Assembly: GCA_965235115.1 (NCBI GenBank)
Contig: OZ249436.1
Coordinates: 36,334,001-36,394,000 of the forward strand
Direction: 5' to 3'
DNA length: 60,000 nucleotides
Origin: Laetmonice hystrix
Lineage: Eukaryota
The notes beneath the pieces are model-generated. The model was not told the DNA's origin, did not search any database, and was given only the letters and a program-made list of their open reading frames with translations. Both the position numbers and the translations under genes were made by a program. Below are positions 1 to 11,779 of this stretch, in pieces. Every line of letters starts with the position of its first letter. The first letter of the stretch is position 1.

Positions 1-520
1 AGTGGGCACGGACTTTGAAAAAGCTTTTGATTCGCTAGACTGGCGCTTCATGTTGAAAGCATTGGAAAACTTTAATTTTGGTCCATCTGTTATTCAACAT
101 TTGGGTTAATAACTTCTACTAAGATAATTTTGGCATGTACAGTTAATAATGGTTATATACTTCGGGATACTTTAAATTAGAAAGAGGGCTACGTCCTTTC
201 TATACATGTTCCGGATCAAGGAAGCCATGCTTCAAATTCCCTTATGTAGGGGGGCATTAATACCAACTGTAAAAATCATTAAAAAAAATCAATTCAATTC
301 AATATGAGGAGGGGGGGGGGTCAGAAGATGCTAGATTTAGAAATACTTATTGAAAGCACCAGAGTTAAATATCTCAAGAGGTATTTCTATGGAGTACAGC
401 ATGCCTGGAAAGTAATCAATGCTTCAGTGTATGGAGGAATACACATTGTTACACGGGAATATCGAGAAGAATAATCTAACGTATCTACCTTATTTCCAGC
501 AAGAGGTTATTATTAAAGTA
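1..520 (+). mobile_element. Decayed L1/Tx1-type LINE ORF2 fragment (RT core plus post-RT region, internally deleted)
   Basis: Broken translation gives DFEKAFDSLDWRFMLKALENFNFGPS...NNGY.SGYFKLERG (RT motif typical of L1/Tx1) and later YEEGG.KMLDLEILIESTRVKYLKRY...HAWKV. Multiple frameshifts and stops. Confidence 0.8.
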
Positions 521-734
521 GTTGAACAACTTAAGTAGTTATAGCATATATGCCATACCTATTTAAATCATTCCACTACTCCACTATTTCACTATTCTCT
601 TGGGACGGCAGTATTACTGGATATCAATATTCTGGAAATTTGCCACGGAATGATATGTAACATCGATGAAAAAAGACAGCATTTCCTGAGCGTGTCGGTC
701 AGCATAATAAACCATTCAGGCAGGCACTGTTGAC

Positions 735-1975
735 ATGAAATGTCTCAAGAACTTCAAACCAGGTTGGGATGAACTTAGTAAGCCTATAATCAAAACTGTT
801 TTTCAGCTAATACTACCAGCGCTGGCTCATATAATGAATTCTTCACTAGTCACAGGTGAAATCCCAATAGAAATGAAAACAGCCAGTGTATTACCATTAT
901 TTAAATAAGATAATAATAAACTATTTATTAATTACAGACCTATATCGATTCTCCATATTCTATCGAAAATTCTCGAAAGAATTATCTACCGCCGTATTAT
1001 CAGATTCTTGGAATGACATACGACTATTAATTTGGCTTTAGAAAATCACATTCAACCGAGTCAGCCTTAACAATACTGAATGACAAAATAACTTCTGCTT
1101 TTGATGAAAACAAGATTTCAGTAAGGCCGTTGATACGATCAACTTTCAAATTTTAGTATATCAACTTAACTACTATATGCAATTAGAGGTGCTGCACTAA
1201 CATAGATAACAAACTATTTAACTAATAGATGTCAACATGTTCGCTACATGGACTCAATTTCAGTAATCCTTACACCCAAATCTCGCGTACCCCAGGGATC
1301 AATTTTAAGACCTCTCCTTTTCTAAATATACATTATGATTTAAGTACAGTTTCCTCTAAATTTGACCCAGTTATGTTTGCTGATGACAGCAGTCTTTAAT
1401 AGTGGCCCCAATGTCGACTCTTTTATTAATACATCAAACTATCAAAAATACATACCTGGCTAATGCGAAATAAATTATCCCTTAACATAACACCCCCATA
1501 GAACAAGTCATTAAAATAAAATTCTTAGGTTACCATCTTGACCTCACATATCTCAATGATATCAACTAAAATAGCAAAAGATATCGGACTTTTAATCAAA
1601 TTAAGGAAAGTACTTTATAGTAATACCCTGCGAAATCTCTATTTCTCATTTATTCCCCCAAACATCATAAATAGCCTCCATGTATGGGGTAGTGTCAATA
1701 AGACATACAACAAATTGTCAAATTGCAAAAAAACTCATTAGAATTATTGATAATAATTATTGATACTTTACCCAGCCATTCATTTCATGTAATATTCCAT
1801 GCTTTAAACCTGTGTGTTTCTAATGCTTTGCCATATATACAGTAATATACATTCAATTTTAATAGGGATTTCATAAGCAAAATCTTACTTCCTATCCCAG
1901 ATATAGGCCTAGCTCAGCTACCTTTTTCTGTACATCCTTAATTTGTGGAAATAAACATGATTATTATTATTATTA
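735..1975 (+). mobile_element. Decayed CR1/L2-group LINE reverse transcriptase with 3' end
   Basis: PGWDELS..., NSSLVTGEIPIEMKTASVLPLFK, NYRPISIL.ILSKILERII, FGFRKSHSTESAL, VPQGSIL.PLLF, MFADDS motifs with stops and frameshifts. Ends in AATAAA plus an (ATT)n tail at ~1950-1975. Confidence 0.9.
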
Positions 1976-4336
1976 ATGTTGTTTTCGACGTCCGAGGTAT
2001 AATGGGTCGCAGAATACCCGCTGATTAGAAATCCAACCAGTTCAGGAACTAGGTGTAATTCGCTCGTAAACACGGGCAGTGATCTATTTTCAGCGTCATC
2101 GGGCGCGTCATTACGTATTTAAGATCATTGCGCCGCGAGCAGTGCACAAGCGTAAACAGCAGTGGCCGTGCGCAACCCTTTGACCGACAGGCGAACTTGG
2201 CTCCAATATGAAATGTCACTTTCCGAAATTTGTTATCACAATCGCCGATTGTGGGTGGAACCAATCTCCACAATATGGCAATCCCCGGCATTGCCTTTCC
2301 GCTCAGGACGGTCGGCTTCCGTTTCTTGTAAACAACTCCTTTTGAGGGCTCCATGGCAGTGGAAGGGTCTTTATGACCCGCTCATGACTAAAACATGACG
2401 AGTCGAACTGAGAGAAGGTTCTCGACGTCCGAGTCCTACTTCCCCCTCGGTGATCTCGTGTGGCCGCATCGCCCACCAACTACGGTACCATGGTGACGCT
2501 TGGAATAAAAATCTCATGTATTTTGCCTTGGTCTTCCATCTGAAGCTAGATTCTTCACTGAATAAAATGAAAGACGTATACGATCCGGAGGAATCGATGA
2601 TCGGGACAGAATGGCAATAGCAAAAATACCGTCGAGCACGGATAGCAAACCTCTAAGCCTAAGGGAGACTTGGGATAAACCGCTATAAAACTAAAAACCA
2701 CGAGGCCGAACTAAACATATTAAAGGGACTTGTTTAAGTAACTATCGGGGCATCTTCACTATGCACCTGTATCCGAAAATCTGATGAAAGAAAGCATCTT
2801 TGTGGATAAGTTAGATGGGCCTATAGACGGACGTTCTGGGAGGCCATTTTGTATAATGGCCTAGGTCTGTCAGTATAGGGCTACATACGAAAAATTACGG
2901 TGGCACATAAGGGATATGCATGTGTCATTTGCTATTTCAAGGAAATTACGATAAAGGGGTTGGGGGTGTCACTTTTAAATATCGCATTCCGTTGCGGCGA
3001 ATAGGCAGAAAGGGGGGGGGCAGTGCCTCCTTAGCAAGTATACCAGGTGTCAATTTTCCCCCCTTGGCTATACGGCCCTGTTCAAAATAGGCCTATTACC
3101 TGAGGAAGCAGGAAAAATGATATGAGAATCCAAGAAGCTCAAATGGAAACGCAAGAACTGATCGAAAAAGACAACCTTAAATTTTGTTTTATAAGATTTG
3201 ATATATTTAAAGTATTTAAACATTATTATCGGATTTTTACTTATTTCTATCTTGCCATTTCCTTGTAAACCTCTGCGGTGTATCGGCTGTATGATTAACT
3301 TGTAATCCTTTCATTGTGTTGTTTTTATCCGATGTAAAACGCCCTTTTCAAAGTCGACTCTTAAAAGCGTTTGTATTCTGTCTCTTTCTTATGGTACACG
3401 GTGAAAGGTGATTAGTAGTTATTGGCATCATTAGTCTGTCATAGAGCTCCCCTCTTCAATCCTCCCAAGCTACCTGTTCAGTGCCGACAATCCATGTGAC
3501 ATAAATGATTATACGTATTGATCTAGCAGTCGGTGGCAGATATAGTCCCCAACAGCGCCTTAAAGGTCCACCATTATTAAAACCTGTAATATCGACATCC
3601 TGCCATATAAATCAGCTTAGTGTCACATGTAAAACTCAAATAAATTGAAGTGAGACCAACCAAAACGCTCAGCTGGCTCCGTTGCAATCTAACGCTCTAC
3701 CTTTGAACCGCTTGGCCATTTTGGATAACCGTATAACAGCGGAATTCCCACGCTGAGTTTCAGTGACTCTCACAGTCTCAGGTGACGCTCGGACTAGTCG
3801 GAGCATGGGGTTTCAAGGCCACCCACCCATCTATTTCAATGTCACGAACAGTGTCACGTCTTCTGTCCTTGAAGCGTATGATGATGATCAAATATGGTGG
3901 AGTGATACCTGAAGACCTAAGACTATTATGGGATGTTGTCGAAGTCATTTACAGCACCCCTTTCGGAGAGCGGAGGCAAATTCAAACTCCTGCTAATTAT
4001 CACGTTTTAGCTTCGGTCCGAGTTTTAGTTAACAAAAATCATCATACTGCATCATTTTGCGGTAACAGTGTGTCTTCATATATGTGTCAATAGGTTGCTA
4101 GATCTAAGTGTTTTATTCTCGAAGATACTAACGATGCCGCTTTAAGTAGCACAGAGTGGCTTCCGCTGGCATCGCTACCCTCTGCTGCTAATGTCAGACG
4201 GATGCATCCATGTTTTTATGAATGCATGTTGAAATCAGAATGTACGTAAGCGTCAGTAAATGCGAATCAATGCGTTTACGAGGATGCATTGCTTCTTAGT
4301 TTTAGTCTGCGTGCATGAAAGTATTCAAGGTAGACT

Positions 4337-5936
4337 CTAAACTCGATTGAATTCGGTTTCCGCGTCGGACCGCAGCGATGGCCCAATCGCCACGCACCCG
4401 TTCGAAAAATTAACGCTCCGCTCCCCGAGCAAGCACAGGCCACACGGCTCAAGTCAGTGAACTGCCGTGACGTCACGGGTAAGAATATAGATATAGAATC
4501 CCCCACGGCCGTATCACACTTGGAACGACCGATGCTGCTTCTGATTGGCTGTTTCTAGGTCATATCCGGGGTGAAGCAGGCCTCGGACAGTGAAAGTGTA
4601 CGGATTTGACGGTGATTTATAACGGGAATCCGCCGGATAGGCCGTGTGCTCTCTGATCTGGCCGATTGAAAATGTAGTGCAGTCGAATGACCCACTGTTT
4701 TAGGTGTTGAGTTCATTGTAAACAATATTTCACCGACTGTATACGTGTTGATAATGAGCAAACAAGTAACATGTTCACATAATTTGATGTCACAATACGA
4801 TTTTTGTAGGCCGATTTTTACCATAATGACGGCGCCCACAGCCACACGACCATCGACGCACACGACGATGACAACATTGTCATAGCCATAGGCATAGCGA
4901 TACCCAGGCCTAGTCAGGCTAGTGCACGGCGTGTGCGATAGATTACCAATTTAATGGAGACTCTTTTGGAAGAATTTCTAAGTGCTGTACAATATGTGCG
5001 AGCGACAGCCTTCGTTTGCTCGTCACTTCAGTTGACATACGGATAGCATGTAACGCTGGCATGGTGCACACGTGGTGTCTTGTCTCGATCGAGTCCGCCG
5101 CCCCTCGGCCCGGGCTCCGGCCCCGACTGCCCGCGGTGATCGAGTTGCGAGTCAGTTTTGACGAGACCCTCGCTGGGTTTAACCCGGCGGGCTGAAGTGA
5201 CGGGCTCACATCGCGTCGGTCGGGGCTTATACGCGGTGTAGGCCCCATACTCCCCAAACCACATGTCTGTGTTTACATTTTGAAAATAGTTTTGTGACGT
5301 CAGCAAAGCAAGATGGCGTTTTCACTGTCCGAGTCCATTCGGGACTGTCCAGGCCAGATCCTCTCGGCCCTCGCACAGTCGTCACCCATTCGGGAATCCT
5401 CGGCCATATCTTCGAAAGTAGCCTCGGGTGAAATAGGCGCCATTTTCCTGATGAACAATCCCGCGTTAGGCCGAATACCAACGGTCAATGAACTACTTTG
5501 CGCCGTTGCGCACTACGCGAGTTGTGATGTGGCCAAACCCGTGGAATTACTGTCATATCTCTACGGCTTGCGATGTCCGAGACCACAACTAGCGAAGCGA
5601 CCGGAAGTTGGGCCGAGGTTTTCCGAATGTGTCCGAGTCCAGTTCCCGAAAGGAAAGTAAACCGGAAATGGCTCGGTCGTTCCGATTGGGCCGTATCACT
5701 CCCACACGATAGCGTTACGAAAACGGAAGTCCTTCCACCGCACTATTCGGCAGCCTACTGACTTGTGCCGGCCACACCAGAGCTCGCGACTGGGGGGGGG
5801 GGGGGGGGGGGGGCTCACCACTGTACCGAGGGCTGCGACAGGTCGTGGGAACGGGGCGTTCAATTCCCAGAACGGGTACGCGACGACTAGGCCATCGCTG
5901 CAGTCCGACGCGGAAACCGAATTCAATAGAGTTTAG
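4337..5936. mobile_element. Non-autonomous DNA transposon (~1.6 kb) with ~90-bp terminal inverted repeats
   Basis: Left end ctaaactcgattgaattcggtttccgcgtcggaccgcagcgatggccc matches the reverse complement of the right end (ctaaactctattgaattcggtttccgcgtcggactgcagcgatggcct). No transposase ORF recognised. TSD unresolved (TA possible). Confidence 0.85.
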
Positions 5937-6029
5937 CTTTAATTGTTTTTCTGTTTTCCACTCAGAAAAAAATATAGAAAGTAGAAGAAAAGAAAACAGA
6001 ACAAACGTTAGTTTTCGTTCAGTCACGGT

Positions 6030-6035
6030 TTTATT
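6030..6035 (-). terminator. Candidate polyadenylation signal of the Tob mRNA
   Basis: AATAAA on the minus strand, followed ~25 nt later by a GU/U-rich downstream element (gtttgttctgttttcttttcttctac, 5981-6006). It closes an AU-rich ~2.7 kb 3' UTR. Confidence 0.55.
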
Positions 6036-8772
6036 ACAAACTTAAAAATATGTAATAATATAAACATCAGTACAATTAGTGGCAACGTCTAGGGCTTTGT
6101 AACGTATTTCAAGTTTTCTCGTGAACCCATTATTGCACGTGTGGTAGAAAAATCAATGAATTCTTTATCCATAAGAGTCGGCGTCCATCAAGCGTCACCA
6201 TGCGAATTCAGTCAAACGTAAATCAGCTTATGTTCAAACTATACGTCATTTTCGCATTTTTGTTTGGTGATTGTTTTAGTCCTGGGCTCCGTACGCACAA
6301 TCTCCCCACTGGTACAAAAAGTAAAGCTTGTCCAGCACACTAGTTGTCTTAATGAACGTAGAAAAGATAAGACCTCTTATACCCAAATTTCAGTGTCGTA
6401 GAAAGAATATCAATATATACTCTGGTATACCTGTAGCTCGTTACATACACAAACTAAAGTTCATATTTAAATACTTCATGTAGGCCTACGTATGAAAAAT
6501 ATGTCAATATACTTCGACTAGCATCGCCTCTAGCATTCAACAATTAATATGTAGTTGAACACCATTCATGATTTATCATAAGTGTTTCACAGCATTGATA
6601 ATACTTCATAACTTTGCATATAATATACACTGACCTGTGTGAGGTCAGTGTAAAAATGGCGACAAATTAAACTTTATACAAACTTCAAGGAACCCGTCAT
6701 CACAAAGAAAACAACAAACATGAGAATTGGCGTGGCATAACATTTAAACACAAGTCCCTATTATGATGAATATATATATAATATATATTTACAATATTCG
6801 ATAGATTTGTCAATATATATCATATATTAAGTCGTAACAGTCTTCCCAACACAGCTGAACTCGTATACCAACATGTGTTACCTATGTGGATAAGTATGAT
6901 TTATTTATCCAGTGTTAGAGATCACCCTAATGGCATATACACCTGCAGATCGAATATGTCCCCCTTACTTATTTTATCCTTCTCAATCCTTGTTAATCAC
7001 AGTCGACCTCCGCGACTCTCACTGAAGAGATAAAATCCGGATAATGGCATCACTTGGATGAAATGTTGTAAGTAGAGCTTCCCCCTTTTGATTTCTACAG
7101 ACATTGTCCAGTTCAATGTGTTCATCTCAGAAAAAGAAAGCCCAGTTAAAGGCTCGCTGCGTCCAATCACCATAGCAACCAATTAAAGAAAGCTTGTACC
7201 CGTATCCCTTTACGTTGTCCTTCAACCGTTTTCTATGCAGCCATACATTATTATGCGCAACCAGTCAAGGTGTACAAAAGGACCATTTACTGTGGAATCC
7301 ACCGTATAAAAGTAAAACTATCACACTACAAAATATATATGCAGTCATCTATATCGTACGCCTGCAAAACGTCTGCCTTATTGTACAAGACCATATCACA
7401 TTTCTAACCATGCCACTTGTTGAACTGCCGTCCCACGAAGTCGTCAGCTAACTCAAAGGAGAGGCTGAGCTAGTCGTAACTAGAGGTCACAGTTCATACC
7501 TGATCTTTGCAGGCTTTCGACTTTTACCGACAGAACACCATTCTTCACCATAAATTCAATGAAATGAAATAATCACTGTGGAATTGTGGCCAGGAAGCTA
7601 TACATCCTCCCTCTGAGAAGAATCTTACCCCGGTCTTTGACCGGTCACGTCTGTTGAACTTTGGAAACACAAGCAAGAATACCACGCCCTTTCACTCATT
7701 CCCAAGTTAAAGATATTTCATATCAATTACAACAAACAAAGGACTGACTACTAAAGCTGTAGGAATCATGGTAACATATAATATAAGGCCGTGCAAATTA
7801 TACAAAAAGTTTCCTTTTTTTGTATTTTTAACATTCCAGACCAATCCTAAGCCACCAGGGTCTTTCTCTACGAGATACCATTTGTGGTGCACTGGGATAT
7901 AGAAACGTTAAAACACTACCGTGTATGAATGTATACACATACATCTCACTGTGTAGGAATTACATCTGGTAATTAATGTGCAGCCCGCATACAATTAACA
8001 TACAATCTACTATCAATGAGCTCCCATGTGTGCTGCCCCAGGCTGTAGACATAGACTGTGCAAAAAAGGCTGATATATTAAGTTAAATGTACAATAATGG
8101 GTCTGTGAAGAGGCTTTACTACCCGCCAGAATTAAAGGCATAACAGGAGTATATAACGTCGCAATTGCCCCCCCCCCTCACCAGTATGAATCGTCCTTAC
8201 CCATTATCTGTAACCTGGAGTTGAAACAATCATACACCGCCAGTGGCATCTCAAGAGCCTCACCACGCGACTAATCTAGACTTAGACATCTCAGACAACG
8301 CCAGTCAACTGGGGAACCCCCCTGTGCGCGTCATCTGAGCTGGTGTACTTCCGCTACAGGTCCAGCACGCTGGCGGTTGGCCATATGACTCCAAACTCAA
8401 AACACGCGCGGGGATTCCCCGGAAGTAGTAGTACACGTAGTATGATTTATTGGAAATTGCTGACGTCATTACCCTCGACGCGCTGTAAACTGGCATCTCT
8501 GTCGACGACAGCGTCCTATATCAGAGAGTCATGCTATTTCATTTTCCTCACATACGGGCGAGTGCATGATCATCATGTTTATACATCGTATATAGCTAGG
8601 GGTGAAAGATATGTTATATATCTTCGTTATATACTCCCGTTGTGGCTTTAAGTGTTAAGAGCGACTGATATATCAATGTGAAGAGTCACAGTCAACAGTC
8701 ACAGTCACACCTATGATGTGGTAGACCGTCGGAGTAGCTGTCCTCTCTTGAATGTTGGATGCGACAAGCGAC

Positions 8773-10119
8773 TCAGTTGGCGACGAGCAAGTGCTGGAGA
8801 TTGCCGTACGGAGGCATGCTGTTTAAATTTAAACCATCCATAAAGGACTTGTGTGCAAGGTTAGCATCGGGCGAAGGGGAGTTGGGGTCCACGTGGGCCC
8901 CGGTGGTAATAGGACAACCATTCTGGCTGTTCGGGAACATCTCAGACAAAGCACCCACGGAGACGACCGGCGTCGTGGTGTAGGACGGTGCTCCGAACTG
9001 GCCTGAGGTATGGTTGTAGAGGTCGGCGAGTGGGTTCCCTATGGGCGACGGGAGACCAGAGGAGAGCTGCTGACCGTGCAGGGATGGGTTGACTTGCTGC
9101 TGCTGCTGCTGCTGTTGCTGCATGACGAACAAAGCTGGGGCGCGCCCTGTGCCGTGGTCAATGTTGACGTGGGGGGATGATCCCCCTACGGACCCAGAGG
9201 CCGAGCGGGGGCTAAGGGGCCGGGGTCTTATCGGCAAGGGACCACGGTTATGCTGCCCCAGTCCGAAGGGTCCCAAACCCACCGGGCCAACGTGCACAGG
9301 GTGGGGAGCGGCAACGGTCGGGGGACCTGAGCGCTGCTTGATGAACGCCCCTAGTTCCGTTGGCGACAAACGTGAAGGGCGTTTGCCCTGCGATTTCAGC
9401 TTGGTCGAGCCAAATTTGGTCTGAGCAAACATGGCCGTTGTCATGGTCTGCGCCTGGAGGTTTCGGTTCAGGAATGAAGCCATGGGGGCGGCAGCTGCCG
9501 CCGTACCGCCAGAACCGGCCGACGGGGAGGACGGGGAAAAGCCAGCCCCTATGGGAGAAGTGGTGCCCAGCGCCCAGGGACTCGCCCCGTTGGATGTGAG
9601 GCTGGAAGCGGCGGTTGGTGTCGGCGAGGTGGTGCCCGGAGAAATGCTGAGATTTGACAGGGATGAAGACAGCGAGTCTATAGGTTTAAAACACTGGGCA
9701 TCCGGGTTGAAACCTCGCGACGCCGCTGCGATTTCTCTGTCAAAACTTTGGTAACTGTCGTCATCTCGCCTCGTGGAGTACAGGACTTTGACGACACCCT
9801 TTTCGCCAATCCGGTAGGATACGTCACCGGGATCTATCCAGATGGTGAGGTCCTTTGGCAGATAGCCTCTGATCTCACCAATGTCAAGGCCGCTCAGGCT
9901 AGCTGCCATCTCTATCACTGGCTCCACCTTTTCGGACGTGGCCCGGATACAACGAAACGCCGAACCTTTATAGGGTTTGTCGCCGTACCAGTGTCCCTCG
10001 AACTTCCTCTTGATGCCCCGTTCGAGCTCCTCCCCAAACATGTCCACGCGACGTCGGGGCAGTTTGTTGTACAGATATGATATGACAAAGTTCAGTGCCA
10101 CGGAAACTTCAACATGCAT
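8773..10119 (-). CDS. tob: Tob (transducer of ERBB2) / BTG-family antiproliferative protein, CAF1-PABP deadenylation adaptor, 448 aa
   Basis: Starts MHVEVSVALNFVISYLYNKLPRRRVDMFGEELE...FEGHWY.DKPYKGSAFRCI (BTG box A) and LPKDLTIWIDPGDVSYRIGEKG (box B). Also has the PAM2 motif FNPDAQCFKP, the Tob-specific TTAMFAQTKFGSTKLK block, polyQ and a C-terminal LLVAN. True ATG is at 10119; the ORF track start at 10149 is not ATG. Confidence 0.97.
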   Translation of the reverse strand: MHVEVSVALNFVISYLYNKLPRRRVDMFGEELERGIKRKFEGHWYGDKPYKGSAFRCIRATSEKVEPVIEMAASLSGLDIGEIRGYLPKDLTIWIDPGDVSYRIGEKGVVKVLYSTRRDDDSYQSFDREIAAASRGFNPDAQCFKPIDSLSSSLSNLSISPGTTSPTPTAASSLTSNGASPWALGTTSPIGAGFSPSSPSAGSGGTAAAAAPMASFLNRNLQAQTMTTAMFAQTKFGSTKLKSQGKRPSRLSPTELGAFIKQRSGPPTVAAPHPVHVGPVGLGPFGLGQHNRGPLPIRPRPLSPRSASGSVGGSSPHVNIDHGTGRAPALFVMQQQQQQQQQVNPSLHGQQLSSGLPSPIGNPLADLYNHTSGQFGAPSYTTTPVVSVGALSEMFPNSQNGCPITTGAHVDPNSPSPDANLAHKSFMDGLNLNSMPPYGNLQHLLVAN

Positions 10120-10493
10120 GATGCTGAGGTCGAGAAGGCTTTCCTTCAAACACAGTTGGTTGAATCAACTTATTTTTAAAGTCAACCCCCTGTCTATGTT
10201 GACGACTGTTTGTTTTATGACACCTTTGTTTACATACGTGCAGTATACTAATGACAACAGAGAAACTTGGAGTGTCGATCCGGTTTTTTTTCATGCGCGT
10301 ATGTAGTTACATGAAGTCCATGAGATCAGCAGCTGGTTTCTGGTGATTAAACAAACGTGTTTGCCAGAGTCCATGAATTCAGACGACTACCTTGTTGTCC
10401 TCAGCGGCGTGTCATCTCTCCAGACGCCTACTTTGATCGCTTGCCTGTGGTCCACTGTGTTTGGCTTTTGTCAGGGCTGCATGTCGTAGGTAC
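10120..10493 (-). other. 5'-UTR part of the Tob coding exon (splice acceptor at 10494-10495)
   Basis: Minus strand reads ttactttctttttgtatctccttttag|gtacc: a strong polypyrimidine tract plus AG. Confidence 0.6.
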
Positions 10494-11655
10494 CTAAAAG
10501 GAGATACAAAAAGAAAGTAAATGTACTTTTGCAGTGGAAACAATTATAATACTTGTGCATGTATGTCAAATATCCGTATCAGAATATACCAACAATGTAC
10601 TGTATCATTGAAACCTTTCAGACGCTGGGAAAAGGTCAGTATACCAATCTCTGACCGACCCGCATTGACGTGAGATCAGTGAGGCAAACTGACAGACCAT
10701 CAACCCTAAAATAAAGACATGACTCAAGGTGCCACACTACCTGATATATTGATCAACACAGCCCATCACGATTGATCTTCGTGTTTCGCTCGCATGTCTA
10801 GTCAATCATGACATATAAAGGCCAAATGTTGCCTGAGCAGAGCCGAGTCCAAACATTACCACCTACCCTTTGTGCTGTTTGGTTTGATATTCTGCTGCCC
10901 ATCACGTCGGTTAGCTACGGACAGCCATGCATGCCATTCCAACAAACATGCCCGATAAAACCAGACATTCTCACAGTCTGGTATGAGTCAGTATAAGACC
11001 AGAGTTTTGGAATATGTTGCCCCCGAAAAAAAATGACACACAAAGATAATATATAGGCCTACATCTGCTAAGTGTCTGTATATAAGTGTCTATATTAATG
11101 GCCTATGTATATATAGGTAGTAATACTAATTTATGCATGTGTGTACGTATATATATATCAGCACTACTACGTACTACTATACATATCCACATGCACACAC
11201 GCAATATATACACGTATTCGTATATTAGTACACAAAGTTACATCACATAAATTATTAGACGTACACAGGCATATTATATGATCGATTTTGGTACCGGACG
11301 ATGAATTATGAATAATTTGATCAATACATAGCAGATGGGTCGGCCATGAACTCCATCGCCCAGATGTGATCACCATCTTTTATCCTATCTTAATCGATGA
11401 CGCCTAATACCACAACTGCCTATCCTAAGTACATGTATTGTTCGATGCATGGAAGCCCTGCCACTGCATTAGATCACATTCCCTTTTCTTTCTATAATGT
11501 TCTAGCCACAGAGTCACCTTGGCTGAAAACAGTACTTTAGCCATCGCTGTGGGTAAAATATTGGGCCTGCATGATAAGATACTGGAAACTTATGTCAAGA
11601 ATGCCGTCAAGTAGGAGAATTTAGGAACTGAATATCACATTTTTCTTAGCTTTAG

Positions 11656-11779
<124 letters not shown>

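Noticed and set aside
2049..2398. Overlapping short ORFs in a GC-richer patch after the LINE tail
   Set aside because: No recognisable family motifs or splice-consistent neighbours.
9089..10306. Plus-strand ORFs overlapping Tob
   Set aside because: Antisense shadows of a GC-rich coding exon with no recognisable motifs.
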